This document shows positions 44,421-60,532 of a DNA stretch of 64,000 nucleotides, in pieces. Position numbers and translations under genes: made by a program. Origin of the DNA: the human T2T-CHM13v2.0 reference genome, Homo sapiens. The DNA is taken from assembly GCF_009914755.1 (NCBI RefSeq), contig NC_060931.1; one strand, 5' to 3'. Numbering within the stretch: position 1 is the first letter of the stretch; every line of letters begins with the position of its first letter. The notes beneath the pieces were generated by a model. The model was not told where the DNA came from, searched no databases, and was given only the letters and a program-made list of their open reading frames with translations.

Positions 44421-46702
44421 GATAATAAATGAACAAACTACTATGCTAGCCTTCTTGTTGTTGCTAATATTCCTGTTATAACCTGGTATTTTTTGTACAG
44501 GTGTTTGTATCCTTTTGTTTAAATGTTCCTCTTAGATTTCATATTGCTGAACCTTTTAAAAATCCATTTGGACCAATTACTCCTATAATTTTGACTTGGC
44601 AGTGAAAATAAAGATGCAATATTTTTTCCATCTATGTTCTCAAGACTTGTGACTCCTGTACATGGATCGGAAGGATCCCTGGGGCTGGGGGTCTCTGGTT
44701 CAGATCCACAGCTATTGATGAAGGTGTTGTTTTTTGGTTTTGGTGGTGGTTGTTGTTGTTTTTCTTACCTACCCTGTTTAAACACTTCATGAGTGCCTTC
44801 CATTTGAACTCTAATATTGTTTGTTCTGGAAATACCAGATATTTCTTCAGATAGTTTCTTGCCTGTGTTTATTCTTTTCTTATGAAGCTACTATTGTGCA
44901 GATGTTGACACTTCTACCCTCCGTAATTCTTGACTTTTGTTTTATTCTTCTAATCTCTTTATTCATTCCTATTGTCTTCATGGAAGGTTTCTTGACCCAA
45001 TATCCCAACCCACGAAAATGTTCATCAGCTTTATCCGTTCTGCCATTCAGCCCCTCCAAGGATATCTTTATTTTGACAGTTATAGATTTTTCACTTCAAT
45101 ATCTCCAACTAATTCTTATTCTTATAGTTTGTCATTGTCCTGTGTCTCCAATATCAGGAAGGTGGGATTCTGCTAATTTTGCTGCCGCTTCATGTCGGCA
45201 CCATAACGCAGGTGTCTTTTATGCAAATCCTACAGTTTTCTGCTGTCATTGGTTCTGTGTCTTCAGCGCTGCTTCTTGCCCTTATTTCGCAGTGCTTGCT
45301 GTCCTCAGAGGTCCTGTCATTTCGCCTTCTGAGTTCAAGCATATTCCCTTGAGATTTCCAAATGCCACCTTTGTTATTGTCTTCCTACAATGAAAAACAA
45401 AAGTTCAGGGCCTGCATTGAGCTCCTCCTGGAAAGTTGAGGGGGCAAAGAAAAACTCCTGCCTCAGGACAAACCTCTGGCATTGTCATCCCTCTCAACCC
45501 TTTCTTGTTTCCAGTCCATGTCCCTCACCCACCTCCCATACACACACACAACTTCAGAGTACCTCACTCCCACCTAGACAGGGGACAGCCATCTTCCACT
45601 GTCATTGATTCTTAAACCAGTGGTGTATCTATACCACTAAATCTAGCCTCTCACTACCCGTTCCTCCACTAATAAGCATCTTATTGCTATATTGAAGTGT
45701 CTGTCTCAAAAATAACCAAATCCAATAGCCTGTTACTGTTGTCTGATTTTCCTTGACTTCTTGCTCTTATTTAACAATTGTCACTGTGCCCTCCTTGAAA
45801 TCTTGACATCAAAACACTCCAGTCTTCTGTTTTCTCAGCCTCTCTGCCAACTCGCCTCCCTTTTCCCTTTTCCTCAATCCCCAAGCTTCTCTTCTTTTTC
45901 CTCCACCCCTTTGCTTGGATGGCTGACATACCCATGAGGCTTGGTCATCAGAGCTACACTAATCCCTCACGGATCCATCCCAGGCTTGACCTGGGACTAG
46001 CATCCGCAAAGGCTTGTATGTGAAGTCTGAGAGTGAAGAGAACAGGGTGCCAGCTTGGATAATAACACCAGGGATTCTTGACTCCGGATTTAAAAAAAGA
46101 CTAGATACAAATGTTTAAATAGAGACTTTAAAAGACAGATGGAAGCAGGAGAGGGGGAGGGGGAGATACATGAAGATCAGCAGAAAGAGGATGCTTATTT
46201 TACTTCAAAGATGACAAAACTCACCAGCAGGACACTTAATATGAACAATAACCTAAAGATATTTGCAAAAATGTATTTAGACAAGAGTTCTAGGCTGATA
46301 TATTTGACATCTGGGTTTATTAAAGTTTACTAAAATAGCTGTTAATAATTTTGAAATTTGGATCCAACTAGAAAATATCCCCACTTTCAGATGCAACTTG
46401 GAACTGTAGGTCCCACAGTAAAGCAATGGCTTCTGAAATCAGTGCTGTCAGACTGAGCTTAGGGAAAGTATCCATCATCCACCATTTTAGCAGTGGCCAA
46501 AGCCCATAACTGCCTTGGTTTCAAAACTGTAGTACTGAGCTTTTGCACTAAGAAATAAATATGATCTTAATGACAGCATCAAAAAAGTGTCTTCTCTTTG
46601 TTGGCTTAGAGATTAATTTGGACATTGACATTCCTGGCTCTGTGAGTATTGCATTTCCCCTTTCAGCTTCAGCCATCCTTGTAGCTTTAGAGACAATGGT
46701 CT

Positions 46703-47005
46703 GCCCAGGTGCAGGGGCTCACACCTGTGATCCTAACACTTTTGGAGGCCAAGGCAGGAGGAGCCCTTCCATCCAGTAGTTCAAGATCAGCCTGAGCAAC
46801 ATAGCAAGACCTTGTCTCTACAAAAAAAAATTTTTTTAATTAACCAGGCATGGTGACATGTGCCTGTAACCCCAGCTACTCAGGAGGCTGAGACAGGAGG
46901 ATTGCTTGAGCTCAGGAGGTCAAGGCTGCAGTGAACCATGATTGCGTCACTGCACTCGGCCTGAGCCAAAGAGCAAAACTGTGCCAAAAAAAATAAATAA
47001 ATATA
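46703..47005 (+). mobile_element. AluJ-like
   Basis: TSD agacaatg(g/t)tctg. Confidence 0.92.
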
Positions 47006-47903
47006 AGACAATGTTCTGGCAGGTGGTAAATGTCTTGCCTCAGGTATTAATCACTCTATCAGCATTTTGTATACCTAAGTACAACAATGTCTAGAAGCAT
47101 ATCAGACGTAGGAGAAGAAAGTGCCTTATATGATGTAAGCCCAAAAATCAAACGGTGGCCAGAGCATAGTAAGAGTGCAGGCTTAAAAGCTATCCAGCCT
47201 GGGTGTGAGTTCTGGCTACTTACTGGCTATATGACAGCAAATGAATTAACTCTCTTATTCTCAGTTCACTCGTCTGTAAAATGGAGATAATAATATCTAG
47301 CTCTGAGAGTAAAGTTCTGGAATAGTGCCTGATACTTCTAGTATTTAATTAATATTAGCTTTTGAAATAACCAATAGTTTACCATGCTTATCCTGCCACC
47401 ATAGCCTCTACAATGAATCAGACCACTTAGCTCCACCCCCATTGCATAACATTTCACATTTGGACACATAGGAGTGCTTTATACTATGGAAACCCAGTGT
47501 CCCTTCAGTCTCTATTTTGAAGCTTTCTTCTAGTTTAATAGTTTGGATTCACATGTTCTGCATGTCCTTTACTCTGAGGACACAAGAAAATCCATGCAAT
47601 AATAATGAACTGAAAAAAATCCATCCTATTGATGGAGTTATGAATGAGCACTCATGAGTGTCATCTGAAAAAGCAATTTTCCAAACCCCAGTTCTCTCAG
47701 TATGTGAAAGCTTTTTTCATACTTGCCCTCCAATATCTAGCTGACAGAGAAACTACTGATCAATACTTGTCAATCATGCAGCTCTGCACTAAAGAATATG
47801 GAGCAATTTCCTTTAACTCTCTACACCACTGAAGACTCTTGGCCATTCTGCTGTTCTCAGTTCAACCAGATAACTGGGTTTATATTTTACACACCTGCAC
47901 TGA

Positions 47904-48257
<354 letters not shown>

Positions 48258-48357
48258 TGATGCTTCAGACCTAAGAAACAATGGTAGCATATAGAACAGG
48301 AGAAATAGCAGGTACAGAATTGCAACTTGGGAAGGCCCAGCCTGCCCAAACACATAG

Positions 48358-48935
<578 letters not shown>

Positions 48936-49040
48936 TCTAACTCTGTACTTTCCATGGAAACAGTGCAGTGAGAAGAGGGACCCCAAGGTCACTTTCTCAG
49001 GGAGGTCTAGATCAGCCCGAGCCTGATAACCCTTCCTCAT

Positions 49041-49417
49041 TGTCTTGGTCTGCTTGGGCTGCCCTAACAGAATACCATAGTCTGGTGGCTTAAACAATAA
49101 ACATTCTCACAGTTCTAAAAGCTGGAAGTCCAAGATCAGTGTGTCCGTAGGGTTGCTTTCTTCTGAGGCTTCTCTTCTTGGTTTTCAGACTGCTGTCTTC
49201 TTGCCGTGTCTTCACTTGATCTTTTCTCTGTGCAAGAGCATCCCCAGTGTCTGTCCCTCTTCTTACAAGAACACCAGTTCTATTGGATTAGGTCTCACCT
49301 TTATGGCCTCATTTAATGTTAAGTACTTCTTTAAAGGTCCCATCTTCAAATGCAGTCACATTGGAGGTTAGGGATTCAACAGACAAATTTTGAGGGGACA
49401 CAGTTCAGTCCATAGCA
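49041..49417 (-). mobile_element. MaLR LTR, MLT1A/B-like
   Basis: gggctgccctaacagaataccatag...tctcacagttct...gctggaagtccaagatca...ggggacacagttcagtccatagca. Confidence 0.85.
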
Positions 49418-49979
49418 CTCCTGATACCTCTAGTATCAGATTTATATACACATCATCTCAGCCATATTTAATTTATTCCAACTATGTGCTTCTATAGAAT
49501 GTGCCTATACTCAATAATAGCAATAATCGTAACAGCTACCAGTAACTAGAATTAGTGCAAAGAAGTGCATTATCTGTTATTAACACACTCCTACGCGGTG
49601 CATATTGTTATGCCAATGCCACACATAAGGAGACTGAGGCCCAAATAGGACCTGGGAAGCTCACATGCCATGAGCGGCGAAGCCAACACATAGAAGTAGA
49701 TCTTTGTGACCACAGTTCATGCTTTCTTCATCCCTGCTTGCTGCCTCCCATACATCAAATTGTGCCTGGCATCATCGTGCAGCTATTTGTGATCACCTTG
49801 GGATTAACCTGCAGGCAAGAAGCACGTCCTCATCATCATTTTACAAATGGCTTTCCTGACGCCTTTCACTCATGAACTGATCATGCAACAGCTTTGCTCT
49901 TCTGAGCATCCTGCAACCGCTCTCATCTCATGCCTCCTTCCCTTCCAACAGGCCTCCCCTACTTGCAGGATGGTACCCC

Positions 49980-50350
49980 CTTACCTTTTTCCTGAAGCCC
50001 TCTCTCCATGGACGAGCTCATGATCCCCTTTCTGTCACTTCCTCAGTGGGGCCTATCCTAACCACCCTACTTGAAATTGCAGCCTCCCCCACCCCACTCC
50101 AACTCTGGATCCCAGCTAACCCTGCTTGACTTTTTTCTCCATAGTGGCTACCACCTTCTAACACACAGTATATTTTATTTTCTTATTGAGTTTGTTGTTA
50201 AATTTCTCTTTCTGCCTGCAAGAATATAAGCTCTACAAGAACAGAGACTTTTGTGTGTTTTGCTTCAATACTATGAAGCAGACAAACAAAACATCTAAAA
50301 CAAGGCCTGGCTCATAGTAGGCGTGAAATAAATATTTTTTGAATGAATAA
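49980..50350. mobile_element. L2 3' fragment
   Basis: agaatataagctctacaagaacagagac...cctggctcatagtaggcg...aataaatatttttt gaatgaat. Confidence 0.65.
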
Positions 50351-51005
50351 ATTAGATTTTATGTGTGTGGGCTTTAGTGTGATTCCTTCTATGGTGAATT
50401 AGTGGCCAGTCTCTTTGGGCAAAAGTACTCAGGAACCCAACTTAGCTCTTTATTAAGTTCTGAATTTGAGGACAGTGTTTTTTTTTTTATAATTCCTCTT
50501 GATCATTGTTTTTGCCCTTTTTGTTTAATTTAATAGCCGATTATTTTGTCCCAGTCTTCTGTGCATTTTACAGTTGTATTATTCATTATGGGTAGTTCCA
50601 GCATTTTCATAATTAATCTTTAATTGCAATACTTGCAAAGCATTTCACAAGAAAAAATGATTTACAAATTAAACCCACATCTCACCTTGGATAATTATCA
50701 CAGGTCTGACTAATGTGCGTGAAGCCCTTGCATGGCAGGGGGCTCTCTACAATGACAATGTGTTGATTTTCTAATTAACAAAGGTTAAGTAGCGTTTTTG
50801 CTTGAAGACCTATAATTTAAACTTATGACGTTTGTCACCAAGAAAGATTTCTACAGAGCGCAGAAGTGGAACTCAAATAATTTTCACTGATTCTAGTGCA
50901 TTAATGTCTTTTACATAATATATAATGACCGTTTTCAGGACAGAAGATTTTTCTTCATATTGACTAGATCAGGAAAAGTACCTTCTAGCTCACTGTCCCA
51001 TTTAA

Positions 51006-51566
<561 letters not shown>

Positions 51567-52026
51567 TGAAATTCAGAAAAAAAGACACAGGCCCAGAGGG
51601 AGAGCCTGTGAACCGTGAGCCAGAGTAATTCAGAGCTGGAAGGAGTCACAGACACCATCTAGTTCAGCCTCCTTTATCTGTGGATGGGGAAACCGACGCT
51701 GAGAGAGACTATGTAATTTGATGAAAGCCACACAACTGAGTAGAAATAGTTGATGATCCTGAGAAGGAAAGATCCACAAACACAAGTGCAGGAAGAGAGA
51801 TGGATCCATGTAGAACCTAAGAAGTCCAAAGACCCAAGAATCAAGACAGAAGCAGAGGGAGAAAACTCCGCCCCACTAAATCCTTTCTGAAATGAACCCT
51901 GTATATATAAATAATTAAGTATCCATGAATAGATCTAAATATCTGCCTTAATGATATAATAAAAATATGATTTACTCTAGATTTATTTGCTCTGCCAATT
52001 GACCCTTTGAAAAATATCTCCATTCT

Positions 52027-52710
52027 CAATCATTAAAAAGTCAGGAAACAACAGGTGCTGGAGAGGATGTGGAGAAATAGGAACACTTTTACACTGTTGG
52101 TGGGACTGTAAACTAGTTCAACCATTGTGGAAGTCAGTGTGGCGATTCCTCAGGGATCTAGAACTAGAAATACCATTTGACCCAGCCATCCCATTACTGG
52201 GTATATACCCAAAGGATTATAAATCATGCTGCTATAAAGACACATGCACACGTATGTTTATTGCAGCACTATTCACAATAGCAAAGACTTGGAACCAAGC
52301 CAAATGTCCAACAATGATAGACTGGATTAAGAAAATGTGGCACATATACACCATGGAATACTACGCAGCCATAAAAAATGATGATTTCCTGTCCTTTCTA
52401 GGGACATGGATGAAGCTGGAAACCATCATTCTCAGCAAACTGTTGCAAGGACGAAAAACCAAACACCGCATGTTCTCACTCATAGGTGGGAATTGAACAA
52501 TGAGAACACATGGACACAGGAAGGGGAACATCACACACCGGGGCCTGTTGTGGGGTGGGGGGAGGGGGGAGGGATAGCATTAGGAGATATACCTAATGTT
52601 AAATGACAAGTTAATGGGTGCAGCACACCAACAAGGCACATGTATACATATGTAACTAACCTGCACGTTGTGCACATGTACCCTAAAACTTAAAGTATAA
52701 TTTAAAAAAA
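52027..52710 (+). mobile_element. 5'-truncated L1PA (about L1PA3-5): ORF2 C-terminus plus 3'UTR
   Basis: ORF 52125-52496 (WKSVWRFLRDLELEIPFDPAIPLLGIYPKDYKSCCYKDTCTRMF...HRMFSLIGGN) is the end of L1 ORF2p; G-rich 3'UTR; exact 18-bp TSD gaaaaatatctccattct at 52009-52026 and 52711-52728. Confidence 0.97.
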
Positions 52711-52799
52711 GAAAAATATCTCCATTCTTCATCATGTTAACATTCAGAGTCTTTTCAAACTCTCAATCATTGCTGAAGATCCATGAAATACCAATTGTT

Positions 52800-54110
<1,311 letters not shown>

Positions 54111-55029
54111 AACAGAATCTGTTTTGTATTCTGCTTCTCAGTATGTTTATAGTGACCACAATGACTATTACATTGATCACCAGGCAGAAAGAGATGGGGA
54201 GATCTAAAAATGATTTCTACATTTTAGCATATTTTGATAGAATATAATTGTCTTAATTGACTAGTGATAAAAAATTTTTAAGGCCAGACATTTATTTAAT
54301 AAAATGTCTTTTGGAAAGCCCTTATTGCAAGGACAAAAGCCATAATGGCTAAAATAATAGAAGCCAAATTGAAATTCTAACACACAAGGTGTAACTAGAG
54401 GGTTGAAGTTCTTCCAAATCAGGCAAAGGCCCTCATTCTCTTCAGCGTAGAGGTGTGAAGCCCAGTTGACAAACAGATGGCAGAATGGGAAATCCTTCAA
54501 AGTAGTTGTTTTTAATAACTTCTTTTGCCATCTACTCTCTCATAGCTTTGATCAAAAAAGGCACTGGACTCTCTTCACTTCTCTATTCCAATATGTTAGA
54601 AGAAATCAAATACTCCCAAGGGAGTCATGATTAAAACCAATGAGTCACCCAGTGAGAGAACTGCAAGGCTTGGGTTTGCAGAGATGGTACAGCAACTCAT
54701 TTGCCACTTCACTGATGGGGTTTTGCAGGCATAAGCAGATGCTAATTCATCTCTGCCACTAAAGCCTTTGATATTCCAGTCCTGTCTGACCAATCTACTG
54801 GAGTTTATGACTTTTCTTAAGATAATAGAGTAAGTGATCAGAATCAATCCCCAGCCTACTGATCTTACCTGAATTCCAGTAACCCTACTGACTACTCCAT
54901 GTTTAAAGACCTCCAAATCTACATCTCAGAAACATGTACATCTATGAGACCCCTGACTGGAAAGTTCTTCTCGGTATTAAGTGGTCTACACAGAACAGGG
55001 CTTAAGACAATAAACCCTGTTTGTTGCCT

Positions 55030-55235
55030 TAGGAATAAGACAGATCTGATACAGTTGCCACTCAGGAACTATGAGTCCTTGAGTAAACTTCTTAACTTCT
55101 CCAAGCCTCAGTTTCTCCATCTGTACAATGGGAATAATGCAAATAATATCTACTTTGATAAGTTGTTGTGAGGACCAGGTGAGTAGCATATATAAGGTAC
55201 TGTATATAGAGTGCCTAGTATGTAGCCCTCAATGA
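55030..55235 (+). mobile_element. MIR
   Basis: cttaacttctccaagcctcagtttctccatctgtacaatgggaataat. Confidence 0.8.
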
Positions 55236-56230
55236 AGGAGAAACTTGGGTTTTATTTTTATTAACAGTATTTTCTTTTCTAAATGCTCATCACCTATTTC
55301 TTTCAACAGTTTTACCTACTATTCATTTTAGATTAGTTTCCAGAAAAGTTGTTACTCTAAGATGCAAGCATGTATATAAATTTGAGTTCGTCCTTTTATA
55401 CCAGCTGCTTTAAAAAGATTATAGCTAAGAATACTATAGACACAATTAAATCCATTTGTGATAGAATGCCTCAATGAATCTTTCTGTGAAATTTCTTGGG
55501 AATATTTTAATATTTTCATGCTCATGAACCTCAGTCCAACTCTATAACTTACTCCAAAAATCACAGTGAACGTGCTTATTGTGCTATATGTCGTGTAATG
55601 ACATTTAGACAAAAGCAATGAAATCTGATCTAACCTAGCAATAAATGTGGTATAGCTGATTTCTGTGTAAAGTTATCAGTTCCAGCTTCCAGCTACCCCA
55701 GACAAGGAGCCTTGGGTAGTCTTGACATGAACTTAAAAGCAAAGCCTCTCTTGAGACAAGAACCAAGATCTACAATCACATTTCAAACGGATTTATGTCT
55801 TCCAACTAATTGACTTGTTAACTATGCTAATACATTCATGTCTCTGCCTTTATATTTTTTCAATAAGTAATGCTACAGAACTCGATGTTGTGAGATTAAA
55901 GAGCAAAGAATCTAGAGATTTCTGTAAACGCTTTTTCTATAGGAAACCAGATTAGACTTCCAAAACAGCTGATATAATTTTTGTGCATCTCCAAATATTT
56001 TATTTCTGTAGGAAACGTGTTGCTTCTCAGAAGATGGCTCTTTTAATTAGGCCTTATAGCCTGCAGGGAGAAAAGCTTCAACTTTCTCTATTTAGATAGG
56101 ACCAACTTGATAGTGACAATACTAGATGTGCTATGCAGTGTCATCTCCTACCACAGTTGTTCAAAATATGAAGAATTAAGCAATAGCAGAGGTTATTCCC
56201 TCTGAACTCTGTGCCTTCTGTCATTCCCAG

Positions 56231-56467
56231 GTGGTGCTGGGGGCCAGCAGGGCTTCCTGGGCTGCATCCGCTCCTTGAGGATGAATGGGGTGACACTTGA
56301 CCTGGAGGAAAGAGCAAAGGTCACATCTGGGTTCATATCCGGATGCTCGGGCCATTGCACCAGCTATGGAACAAACTGTGAAAATGGAGGCAAATGCCTA
56401 GAGAGATACCACGGTTACTCCTGCGATTGCTCTAATACTGCATATGATGGAACATTTTGCAACAAAG
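56231..56467 (+). CDS. CNTNAP2: CNTNAP2 internal coding exon (probably exon 18); end of LamG3 plus EGF-like domain 2
   Basis: Acceptor ccttctgtcattcccag|GT, donor AAG|gtaagg. 237 nt, phase 1-1. Reads (G)[78 protein letters not shown], with a six-Cys EGF pattern. Confidence 0.98.
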
Positions 56468-58739
56468 GTAAGGTGGAACCCATTTCCAGAGCCACTTTTG
56501 CGTGTCTTTTTAAGCCCAAATCATCTATTTAATGATTTTTCATATGTAAACAAGTGTACCTTATTCTGAGGTTAAGATGATCAGAATTTTTCTCTCAACT
56601 TAGGTAGGAATTTTCCAACCAAAATCATTTCCTAATCATTTTTGTTTGATAAAATGAGAGAAGCTCTGTGTATGGTGCAGAATTTCTTCCAGATTCTAGC
56701 AAATTATTCACTGCCCGAAACACTACAAAGGCAGTCTCATTACATCTTAATGGTGAGTGATAAAATAGGTGGCCTTCAAAAGGGGAATCAGGCCTGACCC
56801 TCCCACGTTAGGATCTCCAATAGATCAATTGATCAGTCAATTTCTGTAGTGAATCAGCCAGTGCACCCCAGTGGTCTTGATGCCCCCACCCCCTGCAGTT
56901 GCTAAGAGACTGGATTCAAGCTACACTCACCAGAAAGCTCCTCTGGTCAGTCATTAACATCATTATTATTACTCTTACTCAGGATGCCTTTGAGTGGCTC
57001 TCAGCCTAAGCTAAACTGCAGAAATGCTGAAAAACCACATTTAATTGGTCAGCTTAGAGCATCTGTTATTACTTGGTTATTTTAGTCTTGAATAATTCCT
57101 TTAATCCCCAGTAGATTCCGCAGAGCCAATGAGCAGAGTACAAGAGCCCAATGCATATGCATGTTATCATTTGAACTATACCCTGTGATCCTGCTTGACC
57201 AGAAGAAGAAATTGACTCAACTGGTCTGTGGCTTAATTTCCCATATATAAATGAGGGATGAAGAGAGGAGGAGCTGGTGCTTTTCCTAAGCCACAATTGA
57301 AATGCATGTAAATCACTCCTCTCTTTCTAAATGAATGTATAGCATATGGGTAAAGTTTTCTGTGAGCGGTTGGTGCATCTCTTAATAAGAAGCTTTACAT
57401 AAGTAGCCTGTTCAGACTCTGATGAATACATGGAGGGTTGTTTACACTGGCATTATTCACACAAGATGCCACACACAGAAGGAGGAATTGTTCCATAACA
57501 TTCTCTGTACCTCCAGGCTACTGTTTGGCAGCGCTATAATATGAGCATACAAATTAGGCCAGACAGGGTATGAAAAATGAGCATGAGACAACAACAAAGG
57601 TGGAAAGGAACACCATTGCAGAATAATACCAAAGCACATTAACAGTGCTATTACAGTGCATTTTTCTGTTCAGAACAACATGGTTCCATGATTTTCCTGC
57701 GGCACACAATTGAATGGGCCTGCAGAACACATTAATTTTGCACTTGTAGAAATGACAGTCTTGCAATTACCATTCATTGTGCTTGATGCTAATTTAATGC
57801 AGTCATTTCCTTGCCAAAGTAATGTCTGAATGCAATCAAGTAAGCACTAATGCCTGCGAGATTCCACTACATAAGTACCAGTTTAAAGAAAATCACCATC
57901 CCTTTATTTTTGGAGAGTTAGGTTAAACACAGTAGCTCACGCAAAACCTCTGGAGATTAATAGGCAATAGTCATGAATAGAAAGGCAGGGGCATATCCTC
58001 TCCAGGTTAGGCCACATTGCAGATAAAGTGAAATGACGCCTGTGTGTTGCCTCTGACATTATTTCAACATGTTTACACAAAAGACATCTAAATATTTCCT
58101 TATTATCTGTTTAGCAGAATGAGTTTTCATTTGATTCAATTAGTGACTTTAACCAAAAAATTTAAATAGAAGACTGCAAAACATATTTGGAAATCATTTA
58201 TGAGCATCCTTCTGAGTCAAGTACCTCCTTGACTTGGTAGAATGACAGTGGAACTGTTTCAGAGGAATCCCACAGCTGTCCAGGAAAGCTTTGTCTGCAC
58301 TGAGGCAAGCTCCATCAGGGACTGGAAGGATCTCCCAGCCTGATGCTGTCTCTGCTCTGGACCTCACTCTCCAGGTAGCCTGGTGCCTGCACAGCAGTTC
58401 CTGTGACCCCCCCCCACCTCAGGCTGGTGCTTCAGCCAAACAGCTCAGCCTCTACAAAGAGCTTTGGCATTGGCCGAAGAATGAGCTCCATGCAAGGCCT
58501 TCTCTGGCCTTCCTTTGGGAGTATAGGTCTATGCTTGCAGATGTGGAAAACATCGCTAATATTTTGCCAAGTGAATGAAGCAAGGCCCAACTTACCACAC
58601 ACAGCCGGACTACGTGTTTATACAAAATAAAACATGCATACACGCAGAGATGAGGCAAACAAACTGTGAGAATACACGCCAAATTATTAACTGTGGTTAT
58701 TTTTTGCAGGAGGATAAAAATACTAGTATTTTTTCTTAT

Positions 58740-59215
58740 TTTATTTTGCTTTAAGTTCTGCGATACATGTGCAGAACATGCAGGTTTGTTACATAAGCAT
58801 ACGTGTGCCATGGGGTTTGCCGCACCTATCAACCCGTCATCTAGGTTTTAAGCCCCATATACATTAGGTATTTGTCCTAATGCTCTCTCTCCCCTTGCCG
58901 CCAACCCCCCAACAGACCCCTGTGTGTGATGTTCCCCTCCCTGTGGCCATGTGTTCTCACTGTTCAGCTACCAATTATGAGTGAGAACATGTGGTGTTTG
59001 GTTTTCTGTTCCTGTGTTAGTTTGCTGAGAATGATGGCCTGTAGCTTCATCCATGACCCTGCAAAAGACATGAACTCATTCTTTTTACAGCTGCATAGTA
59101 TTCCATGTTGTATATGTGCCACATTTTCTTTATCCAGTCTATCATTGATGGGCATTTGGGATGGTTCTAAGTCTTTGCTGTGTAAATAGTGCTGCAATAA
59201 ACATACATGTGCATG
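58740..59215 (-). mobile_element. 5'-truncated L1PA (about L1PA7-8) 3' end
   Basis: gatacatgtgcagaacatgcaggtttgttacata...; minus-strand ORF 58964-59260 resembles the ORF2p C-terminus (frameshifted); degenerate TSD tttcttatttt. Confidence 0.92.
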
Positions 59216-59794
59216 TTTCTTATTTTGTTTTTGCTTAGCTACATTTTCCAGTCTTTGCACAATGATGTATTTCCTCTAACATCATTATTTTTTCTTCTTT
59301 GGAAAAATAATAGTAGGAAGCCAAGTTCTTACCCCAGACATTTGAGGGATAACTATCTCTGGTCATAAAATATCTAGCTATTTATTAGATATTATTGGAC
59401 CGTCTAGTTGTACTTTCTGGAATGGAGAAGCATGGTCAGGTGAAAATTTTATGTAATTATATTGTCCCTGAGAATCTCAATACATTTAACAATGCATTTG
59501 TTAAATCTCAATACATTTAGCAGAACTCATTTTCCACAAGCAGCTGAAGAGATCACCCTTCAGATGGGCATCGGAGGAAGGGCTGCCTTGTTGGGGTCAG
59601 GTTGCATGAAAATAAAGACCTCAAGACACTAGTATCACACTCAGCTATGTGAGAGGCTCACACTAGGACAGGCTTGGGACCCAAAATAGCCCAGGTCATA
59701 AAATAGCCCAGGGGGACAGATAAGCTAAGTCTCACCCCTGTATATTATTAGCCCATCCAGGAGAATGGTGGGCAGACAGCCCATACTGTTTGAA

Positions 59795-59980
59795 TTCTGT
59801 TTTTCTCTCCTCTCCTTCTCCCCCTCCTCCCCATCCTCCTTATCATCCTCCTCTTCTTCCCTTCTCTTCCTCCTTCCTTCTCCGTTCACCATAAGCACAA
59901 TCTTTATTTCTACATCAATCCCTGTCTCTGTCTCTGTCTCTCCATATTCCATACCTACTTTCCCTCTCTCCCTTTCTTTT
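59795..59980. repeat. Pyrimidine-rich low-complexity tract
   Basis: (TCC)/(CT)-rich sequence. Confidence 0.75.
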
Positions 59981-60178
59981 GCTGGAGTGTATAGTTGAAT
60001 ATGTAAGTGAAATTACCGTGTCTTGTCACTTTGTTGAACTAGGAAGACAGGGCTGGATTTGAGTAGGTTCCTCATGATCATCTCTTCTGCTTTGTAGATG
60101 ATGCACTGATACTCACTATTCCGCACTAGTCAAAACCACACAAGAAGGGGACTTCCTCTAACCTCTTATCCAAAACCC

Positions 60179-60532
<354 letters not shown>

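Larger units (their letters stand above)
43200..45400 (-). mobile_element. Patchwork of old L1M fragments interrupted by Alus
   Basis: T-rich antisense L1-like text (tccattatgtgtatttaccacgc...cagaattactgagtcatagagtatg; gtattgaagtct...); boundaries uncertain. Confidence 0.45.

Noticed and set aside
44821-45393. 190-aa hydrophobic ORF (and 43082-43540)
   Set aside because: T-rich antisense old-L1-like sequence gives F/L/I-rich stop-poor frames, with no domain or splice support.
52125-52496. L1 ORF2 as a functional gene
   Set aside because: Only the C-terminal fragment of a 5'-truncated copy; no promoter, endonuclease or RT domain.
57150-57310. Two TGCATG (RBFOX) motifs after the last exon
   Set aside because: They are ~700-840 nt from the donor, the hexamer is common, and the exon has strong splice sites.
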